NCBI GenBank assembly: GCA_964493715.1
Contig: CAZBPC010000012.1
Coordinates: 2,990-63,072, forward strand
DNA: 60,083 nt
DNA from: an uncultured archaeon
GTDB taxonomy: Archaea; Asgardarchaeota; Lokiarchaeia; Sigyniarchaeales; SOKP01
Direction of reading: 5' to 3'
Shown: piece after piece, positions 8,735-19,331 of the stretch
How positions within the stretch are numbered: position 1 is the first letter of the stretch
Layout of the letters: every line of letters begins with the position of its first letter
Position numbers and translations under genes: made by a program
Notes under the pieces: generated by a model
Database searches by the model: none
The model's input: only the letters and a program-made list of their open reading frames with translations
What the model was told of the DNA's origin: nothing

Positions 8735-10171
8735 ATGAAGGTTTATAATAGCTTAACATTTAAAAAGGAAGAGTTTAAATCGATCATTCCTAATGAAGTT
8801 AAAATGTACGTGTGTGGCCCCACAGTATATGATTCCGCACATATCGGTCATGCAAAATCAGCTGTTACATTTGATTTAATTCATCGATATCTCAAATTTA
8901 AGGGATATAATGTAATCGTGGTTAAGAATTATACAGATATAGATGATAAGATTATAGACAGAGCGAATGAAAAGAACGTCAATTTTAAGGATATAAGTGA
9001 GCTTTATATTGAGGAATATGAACATATAATGAAAGCGTTAAATATAGAAGCTGATACGGTGAATCCAAGAGCCACTGAATTTATCCCAAAAATTATTGAT
9101 TTCATACAAGGACTTATCTCAAAAGGTAATGCTTATGAAAATAATGAATCCGTTTATTTCTCAGTTAACACTTTTGAAAAGTATAATACATTTTTCAAGC
9201 GTGCTAAAGATACTGAATCTATGGATAATGAGACAAAATTAATTGATCAAGATACTCAATTTGGAGACGATAAAAGAAATCCTAAGGATTTTGCATTATG
9301 GAAAAAAATGAAAGAAGGAGAACCATATTGGGAAAGCCCTTGGGGAAAAGGAAGACCGGGATGGCATATTGAATGTTCTGCAATGGTATTAAATCTCTTG
9401 GGGGAGACTATAGACATTCATGGCGGCGGTCAAGATCTCAAATTTCCACACCACCCAAATGAGATAGCTCAATCAGAATCATATACAGGTAAGCCATTTT
9501 CAAATTATTTCATTCATAATGGATTTATAAATGTTGATGATGAAAAAATGTCAAAAAGTCAAAAAAATTACTTCTTGGTAACTGATATATTAAAAGAATA
9601 TGATCCAATGGTTGTGCGGTGGTATTTAGTTTCTAGTCATTATCGAAGTTCAATTAATTATTCTCCTGATAGCCTACTACAGTCAAAAAAGGAATACAAT
9701 AAATTATTAAATACTATTAAGAAGGTCCATGAGAGCGTTCAAATCAAGACAAATACTAAAGAAATGAATGATCTAATTCACAGAATAGAGCTTGCATATA
9801 AAAACATAATTAAAGCAATGGATGATGATTTTGATACACCAGTTGCAATAGCTGAAATATTAACCTTATTTCGAGAAATAAATAAAGTCATCCTTCAAGA
9901 CGGAAAAGAGATAACTGAGTCATTTAAAAAATCTTTTATAAACTTTATCGATAACATGGAAACTATTTTAGGTGTTTTTCCAGATATAGAAAGTAAAATC
10001 TTAGGTTATAATAAAGGCTCAGACGAACAAGAAACAATGATTAAAGACCTAATTGAATTGATCACCACAATAAGGGATCAATTGAGAGAAAAGAAATTAT
10101 ACGAAATGAGCGATCAAATTAGAGACAGATTACGTGAGCTAGGAATTGATATTGAAGATAAGAAAATTTAG
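8735..10171 (+). CDS. cysS: cysteine--tRNA ligase
   Basis: MYVCGPTVY, HIGH, GRPGWHIECS, DIHGGG.DL.FPHH, KMSKS, C-terminal DQIRDRL. Confidence 0.97.
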   Translation: MKVYNSLTFKKEEFKSIIPNEVKMYVCGPTVYDSAHIGHAKSAVTFDLIHRYLKFKGYNVIVVKNYTDIDDKIIDRANEKNVNFKDISELYIEEYEHIMKALNIEADTVNPRATEFIPKIIDFIQGLISKGNAYENNESVYFSVNTFEKYNTFFKRAKDTESMDNETKLIDQDTQFGDDKRNPKDFALWKKMKEGEPYWESPWGKGRPGWHIECSAMVLNLLGETIDIHGGGQDLKFPHHPNEIAQSESYTGKPFSNYFIHNGFINVDDEKMSKSQKNYFLVTDILKEYDPMVVRWYLVSSHYRSSINYSPDSLLQSKKEYNKLLNTIKKVHESVQIKTNTKEMNDLIHRIELAYKNIIKAMDDDFDTPVAIAEILTLFREINKVILQDGKEITESFKKSFINFIDNMETILGVFPDIESKILGYNKGSDEQETMIKDLIELITTIRDQLREKKLYEMSDQIRDRLRELGIDIEDKKI

Positions 10172-10181
10172 GTAAAATCTC

Positions 10182-10469
10182 GTGATGAGTCTGAAAAAAA
10201 TCTTATGGAACGAAAAGCTTCATGTTTTTTTAATAGGATCAGGGGGACCAATGAATAATGAAAAGCGAGTTGCTTCAAGTATCGCTGTAATTGCTGGTGG
10301 AGAATTTATGCTCATTGATATTGGTCCTGGTAGTTATCGTAATATTGATATACTAAGACTCCCCGTAACACATTTAAACGAGATATTCTTAACACACTTT
10401 CATTCGGATCATATAGGAGATTTAGAAGAAGATAGAATGAGATTCATTCTAAACCCCAAAGAAATCTAA
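10182..10469 (+). pseudogene. truncated metallo-beta-lactamase fold (RNase Z/arylsulfatase-like) protein
   Basis: LIGSGGP...IDIGPG...THFHSDHIG then ends after about 15 aa; the C-terminal metal ligands are missing. Confidence 0.65.
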
Positions 10470-10510
10470 TTATAGTCTCAAAAATTACAAATTAAAAAAG
10501 AATTTAAGAA

Positions 10511-11413
10511 TTATTTCAATTTTTCTTGAATGAATGCTCCGATTTTATCTATTCCCTCTTGACCTTCCGGAGCCCAAGCACTAAAAGCTTGGAAAGTATG
10601 AATCATATCCTTGAAAACCTCTAATTGAACATCGACTCCCATCTTCTTAGCCTTTTCTGCAAACCTGACAGAATCGTCTTCAATTATTTCAGCAGTTCCA
10701 ACATGTATGAGTATTGGCGGTAAATTATGCAAATCTGCGTATAAAGGTGATATGTAGGGGTTTTTTGGATCATTATCTCCAACATACAATTCAGCCATAA
10801 ATACCAAGTCATAATATTTCAGGAAAGGGTCGACTTTTGCGTTGCGATATAAAGATTCACCGGTTAAAGCTAAATCTGTCCAAGGAGAAAGACACACACC
10901 AGCGGCAGGTAAGAGAATATTGTCATCCCTAAGTTTTATCAATGTAACCAAGGTTAATCCTCCTCCCGCAGATTCTCCAGCAATCACTATTTTACCCGGA
11001 GAAATTTTTTGATCTTCAATCAACCATTTATACGATTTTATCGCATCTTCCACTGCTGCTGGGAAAGGATCTTCTGGAGCTCTTCGATATTCGATTAATA
11101 ATACTCTTACTTTAGCAGCTCGGCCAATCCTCATTGCAAGATCTTGATGGGAAATGAAAGAACCCGATATATAACCACCTCCATGGAGGTATAAAACAAC
11201 CCGTTCAGAATCAGCTAATGATTCTGGAGCAGATATCCACAATCCCTTCATTCCATTAATGTTTATAGGCTCGATTTTCACGTCTTTTGAAGGCTTCACC
11301 AGTGAAGCTAACACTTCTAAAGCTTTACGCGATTCTTCCACTTTTTTTTTCATTGCCGTGTTGGCATTATTTCTTAAGATTTTGATCACGCTTTCCATTC
11401 CTTTACTAACCAT
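10511..11413 (-). CDS. hormone-sensitive-lipase family alpha/beta hydrolase (acetyl esterase-like)
   Basis: HGGG oxyanion motif, YRRAPE, GESAGG nucleophile. Confidence 0.92.
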   Translation of the reverse strand: MVSKGMESVIKILRNNANTAMKKKVEESRKALEVLASLVKPSKDVKIEPININGMKGLWISAPESLADSERVVLYLHGGGYISGSFISHQDLAMRIGRAAKVRVLLIEYRRAPEDPFPAAVEDAIKSYKWLIEDQKISPGKIVIAGESAGGGLTLVTLIKLRDDNILLPAAGVCLSPWTDLALTGESLYRNAKVDPFLKYYDLVFMAELYVGDNDPKNPYISPLYADLHNLPPILIHVGTAEIIEDDSVRFAEKAKKMGVDVQLEVFKDMIHTFQAFSAWAPEGQEGIDKIGAFIQEKLK

Positions 11414-11787
11414 TTTTATTCACTTATTCACTTTTAGATCATTAATTATTACATATAAATAACGTAAATAGGAATAAACCTTAAATTAACTTTTTTTTTT
11501 GGATGAAATCAGATAATCTAATTTATTAATTCTCATTACTCTGGGAAGATTCTCTTAGATATGAAAAATACTTAATCCTAATTACAGTAATTATTAAAAA
11601 ATCAGGAATTTTTATAGTTTAAATAATTTCTCTATATAGATTGAAGAATAAATTTGATTATGCATCATTTTCTTCCTTAAAAAACATATTAAATATCTAT
11701 ATATATCCTATAGTTTATAGAGAAATACTTTAAAGGTGAACGAAGGCACAATTATATTAATAATGAGAAAAAAACGTGTTGAAAAAA

Positions 11788-11955
11788 ATGAAAAAAATAA
11801 TAGTCAAAGAATTTGTGTGTCCCGAATGTGGACAGTTAAGATGGTTAAAAGTTGAAAATATTTGTGCGGATTGCAGAGATAAAAAAATTCTGAATAAAAT
11901 CTCACAAATACGAAAAATGAACAAAGAAATAATATTAGAAAATTTTGTGTATTAA
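11788..11955 (+). CDS. small CPxCG zinc-finger protein (55 aa), absent from the ORF track
   Basis: MKKIIVKEFVCPECGQLRWLKVENICADCRDKK...ENFVY*; two CxxC pairs. Confidence 0.7.
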   Translation: MKKIIVKEFVCPECGQLRWLKVENICADCRDKKILNKISQIRKMNKEIILENFVY

Positions 11956-12091
11956 GTTATTTGATTTACTTAATGCATTTTATGAGTTTTAATAAATTCT
12001 CGTTTTTTATAATTACTAATTTTTAACCGAAAATGATATCTTAGTCATAAATTTTAAAAAATAAAATTTGAAATGAATTAAAATGAATAAC

Positions 12092-13813
12092 TTATGCTCC
12101 ATCTACCATTTTAACTTTTGGAGCATATACATCTTGAACAGCATAGTTGTTAAAATTGATACTGTAATGATCTCGCCAGTGTAATTGAATATCTTCAAGC
12201 ATTGCTTCATAGATACTTTCTTTAATCTTCCCTTTAGCTTGGATGAGCGTGCCCATCGGTGCTGCAAGAATTTCGCCATCTTTAACCACAATTTGTCCTT
12301 CTTTTATCGTATAAGCAGCACTTGAGAATGCCTTTTCAATGTCATGACCGGTAAAGTTCTCGGGATTTAATTTATAGATAGAGACATCTCCTATTGCTCC
12401 GATGCCAAGATGGCCCCGATCTTTTAATCCTAAATTCTTTGCGTTTCCTGCTCGAGTGACTATGCATAATTCATTGAGAGTATATTCACGATCCAGATTT
12501 GCTAATGTAGATGCGCTACTCGCTTTCTTTGAAACAACTTTTTCAAGCATTTCCTTCCTTGACTTATTATCCATCAACCATTTAAACGCAATGGGGTAAG
12601 TTGTGAATGGAGCTCCGTTAGGATGGTCTGTAGTGAATGCTATCTGCCAAGGGTCCTTTACCAAGAGCATCAATTCAAGACCAATTGCCCATTGTACTGC
12701 ATTGACCCCGTTTTTTGCATCAAAGAAATATGGAACAATTCCAGAACCTGATTCTGCTTCTATCCCCCCATTGATCCATTTAACTCCCGGTTTTGCCCCC
12801 CATGCACTCATTCCGCCTAAATGATGTAATGCAAACTCCCAAGGTCCGTCTCCTGTCATGGTAGTGGTTGCATATTTAGTAAATACGACTTGACCGCAAT
12901 CTATCGTCATATGTTTGTGTGAGTTGATATAATCAGCAACTTGGGGGGCTCCTGATTCGAAATTTCCCCAATTTTCACCAGCATACGCATTAAACTGGAC
13001 ATGAGTGCAGTGGGTGTTTCGATCTTTCCTTCCTTTTGGTTCGATATTTTCTGTAATATCCCACGTCTCCATTGAATGGGTAAAATTTCCTGGATGTCCC
13101 AAATTATTGCAATGAATGTGAATGGAATGAGGTAATTCAAGAATTTCATTAGCTTTTGATAGACTCTCAACGATTTGTCTGGGTGTTACATCCCAATATA
13201 ATACCGGAGTGTCTACATTTTCGCAATTACGACCCCAGGCCCAATTTTCCACACCTCCGGGGTTCACAATTTTGATGGCATATCCTTTAGTTACCTCCAT
13301 TACCCAGTTAACATAAGCTGCAAGTTTCTCAATATCATTATCTCGGACGTATTGCAGGACAAACCAATTATTTCCCATAATTGGCATTGCTAACTTGTCA
13401 ATAATGGGGATATTGTTGAATTCTTCGTGAGTATGACGTGCTTCAAGTAATGGCATAGCGGGTTCGGCAACAGTAGTATAACCCATTTTCGCATAAAGAT
13501 ATCCTGTCTTCCATGTGCTCGGAACACTGAATCCAGTACCAGCGCGAGTCAATTTCGTGGATTTTTCGTTGCTTTCCGGTACTTTATCTTCTGGTCGAAA
13601 AACTCTCCCAGCATTGACTTTTGCTCCCGCTATATGACTATGAATATCCACACCGCCGGGAAATACGATCAAACCAGATGCATCAATAACTTTTGCTTCC
13701 CCATTTGCTTTTTCGACGACGATTCCATCTTTAATATAGATGTCTTTCTTTTCACCGTCAATATCGTTCAATGGGTCATACACTAGACCATTTTTGATAA
13801 TTAGATCGCTCAT
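12092..13813 (-). CDS. fwdA: formylmethanofuran dehydrogenase subunit A
   Basis: GGVDIHSHIAG, KIVNPGG, SIHIHCNNLGHPGN, TTDHPNGAPF amidohydrolase motifs. Confidence 0.95.
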   Translation of the reverse strand: MSDLIIKNGLVYDPLNDIDGEKKDIYIKDGIVVEKANGEAKVIDASGLIVFPGGVDIHSHIAGAKVNAGRVFRPEDKVPESNEKSTKLTRAGTGFSVPSTWKTGYLYAKMGYTTVAEPAMPLLEARHTHEEFNNIPIIDKLAMPIMGNNWFVLQYVRDNDIEKLAAYVNWVMEVTKGYAIKIVNPGGVENWAWGRNCENVDTPVLYWDVTPRQIVESLSKANEILELPHSIHIHCNNLGHPGNFTHSMETWDITENIEPKGRKDRNTHCTHVQFNAYAGENWGNFESGAPQVADYINSHKHMTIDCGQVVFTKYATTTMTGDGPWEFALHHLGGMSAWGAKPGVKWINGGIEAESGSGIVPYFFDAKNGVNAVQWAIGLELMLLVKDPWQIAFTTDHPNGAPFTTYPIAFKWLMDNKSRKEMLEKVVSKKASSASTLANLDREYTLNELCIVTRAGNAKNLGLKDRGHLGIGAIGDVSIYKLNPENFTGHDIEKAFSSAAYTIKEGQIVVKDGEILAAPMGTLIQAKGKIKESIYEAMLEDIQLHWRDHYSINFNNYAVQDVYAPKVKMVDGA

Positions 13814-14211
13814 GATATATTCCTATTAATAATTATAATTAGATTAGAATTAAATTTTATATATTTTGAAGTTTTTCTATTAGGTGTTAGAATCACGTAG
13901 CTTTATTAAAAATTGTGATTCATTTTAATTTGTATATTGAGAGGGAATAGAAGTTTTTAAAACTTTATCTAATATAGAAAAAGTAGTGAGATTAAATACA
14001 TCATTTTAAACGATGTTTTCACTCTTTATACTGATGATGATTTCTTTTAAAATTTAAACTAATTCAATATTAATAATTTTTAAGAAACTTATTAGGCATT
14101 CTTGAACTCAATTTTAATTTTTTATTTGTAAGAATCACAAAATTTGGACTATTCAAGTTTCATATAGATTTCAAATTATATCTTAATTATAATACAAATG
14201 AGATTAAAATA

Positions 14212-14673
14212 ATGACGAAAATTTGGATAATTCACAACTCCCTCCATGGAAATTCAAAACAAATCGCGAATCAAATTGCTGATGGTTTGAAAGAGTTTCA
14301 TGAAGTTAGCGTAAAAAGCATTAAAGAAGTTAATCCTGAAGATATTGCTAAAGATGAACCATATGGATTGATTGTTGCTGTTCGAATTCTAGCTTTTAGG
14401 TCGGATCCTGAAATTCGCAAGTTTCTCAGCGATTTAGATCTTGTCATAACTAAACCTATTTCGAAAGTTGCATATTTTGCTACCCATGCTTTGGGATGGA
14501 AAAAACTTTTCATAAAAGGAATGAAGAAGACTCTTGAAAAAATTGGGTGTGTCAAGGAAATCTGTCCTGAATATCTAGAGGTCAAAATGGAAAAAGCGGA
14601 AGGACCTGCTTTTGACGGTGCTAATGCAAAAGTTGAGAAATATGTTTCCGTTCTGAAAAATTTCTTTAATTAA
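14212..14673 (+). CDS. flavodoxin-like protein
   Basis: IIHNSLHGNSKQIANQIADGL resembles the FMN phosphate-binding loop. Confidence 0.7.
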   Translation: MTKIWIIHNSLHGNSKQIANQIADGLKEFHEVSVKSIKEVNPEDIAKDEPYGLIVAVRILAFRSDPEIRKFLSDLDLVITKPISKVAYFATHALGWKKLFIKGMKKTLEKIGCVKEICPEYLEVKMEKAEGPAFDGANAKVEKYVSVLKNFFN

Positions 14674-14849
14674 AGTTCCAGATTCGATTTTTTTTCAATT
14701 TATATTGACTTTTTTTTCTATATAATATAAAAAAGAAATAATTAATTTTTGGGCGCAATATATTCATTGAAGTCTATTTCTTTCTTAAATTAAGTTTTAA
14801 GAAGGGCATATTATATTAATTTCCTCTAATTTTTTTGATATAGATGAAT

Positions 14850-15563
14850 TTAACCATTCTTAGCCTGATTTCTTAAATCTTCTTCAAAAAAAGATTTTCC
14901 ATAATGTGTATATAATATAGCTGCCGGATTGTGAGGATTTGACCTATCTTTTGCAATGAAAGTAGTTACTGGTGCTTCTGACAAGTGAGTAAAAGTAATG
15001 TCATGTCCCACACATAATCCTATAATAATGTTCATATCAGTTTTAGCTTTATTTAATAATAGTGCTTGGGCTACAGGATTACACGTTACAAATCCAATTG
15101 GATATCCTGTTTTAGACATCATAGTAAATTCTTTTGGAACTCCAACACTAGTCTTTGGAACAGCTCCTGTTTTACAACAAACAGAAAATACCTTAAATCC
15201 ATATTTTTCTAAAATTTCTGCGGTCATTTCTGCTTCTTTTTGTAGTCCCACGCATGAAGCGATTCCTAATTTTATATATTTCATACCTTTTGCATATTCA
15301 ATTGTATCTTTGAGACGAGGCCAGTGAATATAGCCTTTAGCTTCTACTATAGATGCTACTTTTGTAGATTTTTTTATAAATTCATCTGATTCATATATCT
15401 CCTTTACTTCTCTTGCGATCTCAGGGCTCACAATCATGGGACAGTTTCCTATCGATTTATTTGGCTTACCTTTCGTGCAATGATTAACACTATCGCATTT
15501 AAAACACATAGGACTGATTATATCATCCCTATCCAGTTTAATATTATCTGAATTTTTATTCAT
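14850..15563 (-). CDS. DUF1847 family Cys-rich metal-binding protein
   Basis: GIASCVGL, SVCCKTG, CNPVAQA, GLCVGHD, KDR...HNP. Confidence 0.85.
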   Translation of the reverse strand: MNKNSDNIKLDRDDIISPMCFKCDSVNHCTKGKPNKSIGNCPMIVSPEIAREVKEIYESDEFIKKSTKVASIVEAKGYIHWPRLKDTIEYAKGMKYIKLGIASCVGLQKEAEMTAEILEKYGFKVFSVCCKTGAVPKTSVGVPKEFTMMSKTGYPIGFVTCNPVAQALLLNKAKTDMNIIIGLCVGHDITFTHLSEAPVTTFIAKDRSNPHNPAAILYTHYGKSFFEEDLRNQAKNG

Positions 15564-15684
15564 ATTTAATGTAATGTATAAAAATAAATTAAAGATGTTG
15601 AACTAATCAAATGATTCATTTGACCTGCAGAATTTTTCAATCTTCAAGTAAAAGGTAAAAACACCCATATGAATTCACATAAAG

Positions 15685-15870
15685 TTATTTACCTCTGAAA
15701 ATAGCTTTTCCAAGTCCTTTCTTCTTAAAAGATTTAATCCCAATTTTAAAATCCTCAGTTTCTGAAAGGTTTGGGACGATATTTAATAATTCTTTATCAG
15801 AATCTTCTAATCCTTTATTATAATATTCCCTTAATAGTTTCTTAATCTAAGTTATTGCTTTCTGGACTAT
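15685..15870 (-). pseudogene. C-terminal remnant of an enoyl-CoA hydratase/isomerase
   Basis: Reverse translation: KAIT*IKKLLREYYNKGLEDSDKELLNIVPNLSETEDFKIGIKSFKKKGLGKAIFRGK*; crotonase-like C-terminus with no start. Confidence 0.5.
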
Positions 15871-16035
15871 TTACTTTATTCAACTTAAAACTTAATGATG
15901 TATTTTGACATATAGATTTGAATAAAAATCTTTTCTGGGTATTTCAATAGTTAATTTTAATGCCAAATTTATTTATAACCCAAACTATTTTTACATTTAT
16001 ATATAGGGATGTTTTAATTTATTGGAAATGATCAC

Positions 16036-17169
16036 ATGATTTCTTTAAACGAAAAAATAGAACAGTTCTTATTGGAACGGGGAGCACTAAATATAGGCTT
16101 TGCGATTAGAAGTACTCTTGAAGGTGGACCATCTACAGTAGATATTAGATATCCTCTCTCAGATGCAGAATCCGCAATCTGTTTTGCGCTTCCTTTAGAT
16201 AAGAAAAAAGCACGTTCGTTTCTCAGGAAAGATTTACCAGATGGACGTAGAGGTCATGAAGAAGACAACATTCTTACAAACATAAGAGCATACCAAATTG
16301 CCGTTGAAACCGCTAAATATATTAAAGGATTAGGATATAAAGCAGTAGCTATTTTTCCAAACTTTAAATATCGGGAAGATGTCCCTGGTTGGGAGGTAAA
16401 CATGATTCCTGAACTTTCTCTGAGATTAATTGCCATTCGCAGTGGTGCGGTTTCACTGGGATTTTCAGGGAATGTTGGATTGAAAGGTTATGGTGCCATG
16501 ATCATACTTGGATGCGTGGTGACCTCAGCGAATTTAACGCCTACTAATCCAATACCTCAAGAGGAATCGTTTTGTAACGAATGCAAGTTATGTCAAAAAG
16601 TGTGCGCATTGAGAATGTTTGGAAGTGATGAACTTGACTCTATTACAATTGGAGGATATTCTTTTAGTTGTGCAAAGCGTGTTAATTTAGCGCGTTGCCA
16701 AATTGTATGTGGAGGATTATCTGGATTAGATAAATCTAAAAAGTGGTCAACTTGGAGTCCTGGAAGATATCCCTTCCCACAATCTGATAAAGAAGTAATG
16801 AGAATACTTGCTACTTCAATCAATAATGCCTTAAAATGGCCCGAAAGAGAAGATGAAATTGGAATAGATGTATATAAATTAAAGCATCATGAAGAATTTT
16901 TAAACGCTCTCGGTGATGACAAAGAGAAACTTGTGAAAATGATTAAAGAGACTAAACTTACATGTGGAAATTGTCAACTTATATGTTGGGGAGATCCTAA
17001 GGAAACTGCCGAGAATTATCGAATTTTGTCGAACTCGGGATGCGTCCTTCAAAAAGAAAATGGGGAAATCATAGTTTTACCTTATGAAGAAGCTGAGCGA
17101 GCATTTAATGAGATGAATCCAAAACATCGACGATTATATTTTAAAGAAATTGGCAAAAAACACAAGTAA
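16036..17169 (+). CDS. cobalamin/Fe-S reductase of the QueG / reductive dehalogenase superfamily
   Basis: GYKAV, G..GFSGNV....YGA.IILG.VVT, CNECKLCQKVC, CQIVC, TCGNCQLIC. Confidence 0.75.
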   Translation: MISLNEKIEQFLLERGALNIGFAIRSTLEGGPSTVDIRYPLSDAESAICFALPLDKKKARSFLRKDLPDGRRGHEEDNILTNIRAYQIAVETAKYIKGLGYKAVAIFPNFKYREDVPGWEVNMIPELSLRLIAIRSGAVSLGFSGNVGLKGYGAMIILGCVVTSANLTPTNPIPQEESFCNECKLCQKVCALRMFGSDELDSITIGGYSFSCAKRVNLARCQIVCGGLSGLDKSKKWSTWSPGRYPFPQSDKEVMRILATSINNALKWPEREDEIGIDVYKLKHHEEFLNALGDDKEKLVKMIKETKLTCGNCQLICWGDPKETAENYRILSNSGCVLQKENGEIIVLPYEEAERAFNEMNPKHRRLYFKEIGKKHK

Positions 17170-17274
17170 TTCTTATTTTACTTATTTGTTAGAAAAGAAC
17201 CATTTTACATAAATAATTAATTGATAGTAAATCAACCTAATTATCATAAAATAATAATAAAAAATGATTTAGAT

Positions 17275-18675
17275 ATGAGTGAAAATTATGATGTAATTAT
17301 TGTTGGTGCTGGAACAGCTGGAACATACATGGGATGGTTATTGGGAAAATTGGGACATTCCGTTTTAGTAATGGACAAAGATGAAAGAAATAAAGTGGGC
17401 AATCGTCTGGATATCATCCATTTTGAAACGGATCGAATCGAAAAAGCAGGAATTCCTCCGTTTAAGGTAGGGGACCCAGATTGCATTGAGATACGAGATA
17501 GATCAAGAGTTGTAACCCCTGATTTTGAGAAAACTATTACTACTCAAGCTTTTCAAACAATAGTTCGTTTGTCTTATTTTCTCCAAAGAATGTATAAAGT
17601 ATTAGAATCAGATGGAGTAAAATTGAAGTTCTCTTGTAAGTATCTTAATCTGATATTTGAAGATGATAGGATTATTGGGGTATCAATAGAGGAAAATGGG
17701 CAAAAAAGAGCTATTAAAGCGCGATTGGTCATCGATGCTTCTGGAACCAGTGGAGTAATTAGAACAAATCTACCTTCGGGCTATGGTGTCGAAACTTTTA
17801 AATTAGGTCCCCAGGATGTAATGTATGTGCTACTTCAATATATTAAATGGTTAAAACCTGAAAAACCACATCCAATTTCAGATACTTCATATATATATTA
17901 TCTACTATGGTTCGGACCTTCTCACACGGAGGATAGTGCAATTTTAGGTGTAGGACAACCAGGCTCATATGAAAATGCGAGGTTAGCTCGGGAAGCATTA
18001 TTAAAGAGAGCAGACATTCCTCCATATGAGATCTATAAAGAAGAGCAAGGTTTTACTCCTTACCGAAGACCACCATATTCTCTCGTGGGGGATGGATTTT
18101 TATGTATCGGCGATGCTGGAGTCATAACATATCCATTTTCCGGCCATGGGGTTACAGCAACTTGGATGTTATGCCTTATTGCTGCTGAAGTTATTGATAA
18201 TAGCCTTAAAACTGATAGCTATGTTAGCAGAGAAAAATTATGGGAAATTAATGTGAGATATTTTAGAGATCAAGGAGCAAAATTTGCTGCATTATTTACT
18301 CTATTGTCAGGGATATTGAATTTTGACGAAAAAGGATGGAATTATTTCTTAAAGAAAGGACTGATTTATAAGACTGGTGCTGATGATGATATTCCAGAAC
18401 CTAATAAGGAATATGAAGAAGACATGAGCCTTGGTGAATTATTGAAATTCCTTGGAAGCCTTATTGGAGGATTGATCAAAGGAAAATTATCCTTCAAGAA
18501 TATTAAAAGATTTTTAAACGCAAATGGACTTTCTGGTAAAATTAAGAAGCATTATGAAAAATTCCCTGAAAATATGAACGATTTTAACAGTTGGGTTATA
18601 AAAGCAGATAAATTATGGCATAAGAAAAAAGTAGCCATTAAAAAATTACCTAATGTTGAAATAGAATATCATTAG
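17275..18675 (+). CDS. FAD-dependent oxidoreductase, geranylgeranyl reductase-like
   Basis: YDVIIVGAGTAG, VIDASG, IGDAG...PFSGHG; ATG at 17275 preferred. Confidence 0.8.
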   Translation: MSENYDVIIVGAGTAGTYMGWLLGKLGHSVLVMDKDERNKVGNRLDIIHFETDRIEKAGIPPFKVGDPDCIEIRDRSRVVTPDFEKTITTQAFQTIVRLSYFLQRMYKVLESDGVKLKFSCKYLNLIFEDDRIIGVSIEENGQKRAIKARLVIDASGTSGVIRTNLPSGYGVETFKLGPQDVMYVLLQYIKWLKPEKPHPISDTSYIYYLLWFGPSHTEDSAILGVGQPGSYENARLAREALLKRADIPPYEIYKEEQGFTPYRRPPYSLVGDGFLCIGDAGVITYPFSGHGVTATWMLCLIAAEVIDNSLKTDSYVSREKLWEINVRYFRDQGAKFAALFTLLSGILNFDEKGWNYFLKKGLIYKTGADDDIPEPNKEYEEDMSLGELLKFLGSLIGGLIKGKLSFKNIKRFLNANGLSGKIKKHYEKFPENMNDFNSWVIKADKLWHKKKVAIKKLPNVEIEYH

Positions 18676-18815
18676 AAGATTTTCCTTAACCTTTATTTCT
18701 TTTTTTCTTTTTCATTTTAGTAAAAGATCTAAGATAATTTTAAATATTCAAAGAGCTAGATTTCCTTATAGTTTTTTTTTTTAAAATAAAATCATAACCT
18801 AATTGGTGAAAAAAT

Positions 18816-19316
18816 TTGGCTTCAGGTAAATTATTAGCTTTTATTGCGGCAATTTTAACTATTTTAGGCACTTATGTATTTGCAATATATTTGGGATTCC
18901 CACATACAGTAGGATCGGGAATAGGTTTTATACTTAATATCCCAGATTTATTCACAGACGCTTCTACCTATGCAGCATTACTAAGCATTGACGTAATAAT
19001 TTTCTATGTGCTTGTAGTAGTTTTCATTGTCTTTCTCGCAGCTGGTGTACTACAGTTAATTTTTGCAAATTCGAAGATCCTTAGCTTATTCTTCTCCCTC
19101 TTTCCATTAGGGGTAGGTTTGATGTTTATATTCTTGGTCTACACCGATTTCTTGGGAATAAAGAGCGCATTTTTCGCATTATTCTTTTTAGGTGAACATT
19201 ATGCAGATTTTTATCCCATATTAGTACCTCTTGGAGATTTAGCTTTAGGAGCTTATTTAATCACGGCAGGTGGCGTTTTAGGTTTCATCAGCGGATTTAT
19301 GCCACGAGAAGATTAA
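18816..19316 (+). CDS. hypothetical integral membrane protein
   Basis: About 4-5 hydrophobic segments; TTG start with GGTGA upstream. Confidence 0.75.
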   Translation: MASGKLLAFIAAILTILGTYVFAIYLGFPHTVGSGIGFILNIPDLFTDASTYAALLSIDVIIFYVLVVVFIVFLAAGVLQLIFANSKILSLFFSLFPLGVGLMFIFLVYTDFLGIKSAFFALFFLGEHYADFYPILVPLGDLALGAYLITAGGVLGFISGFMPRED

Positions 19317-19331
19317 ATTTAAATTTTTTTT

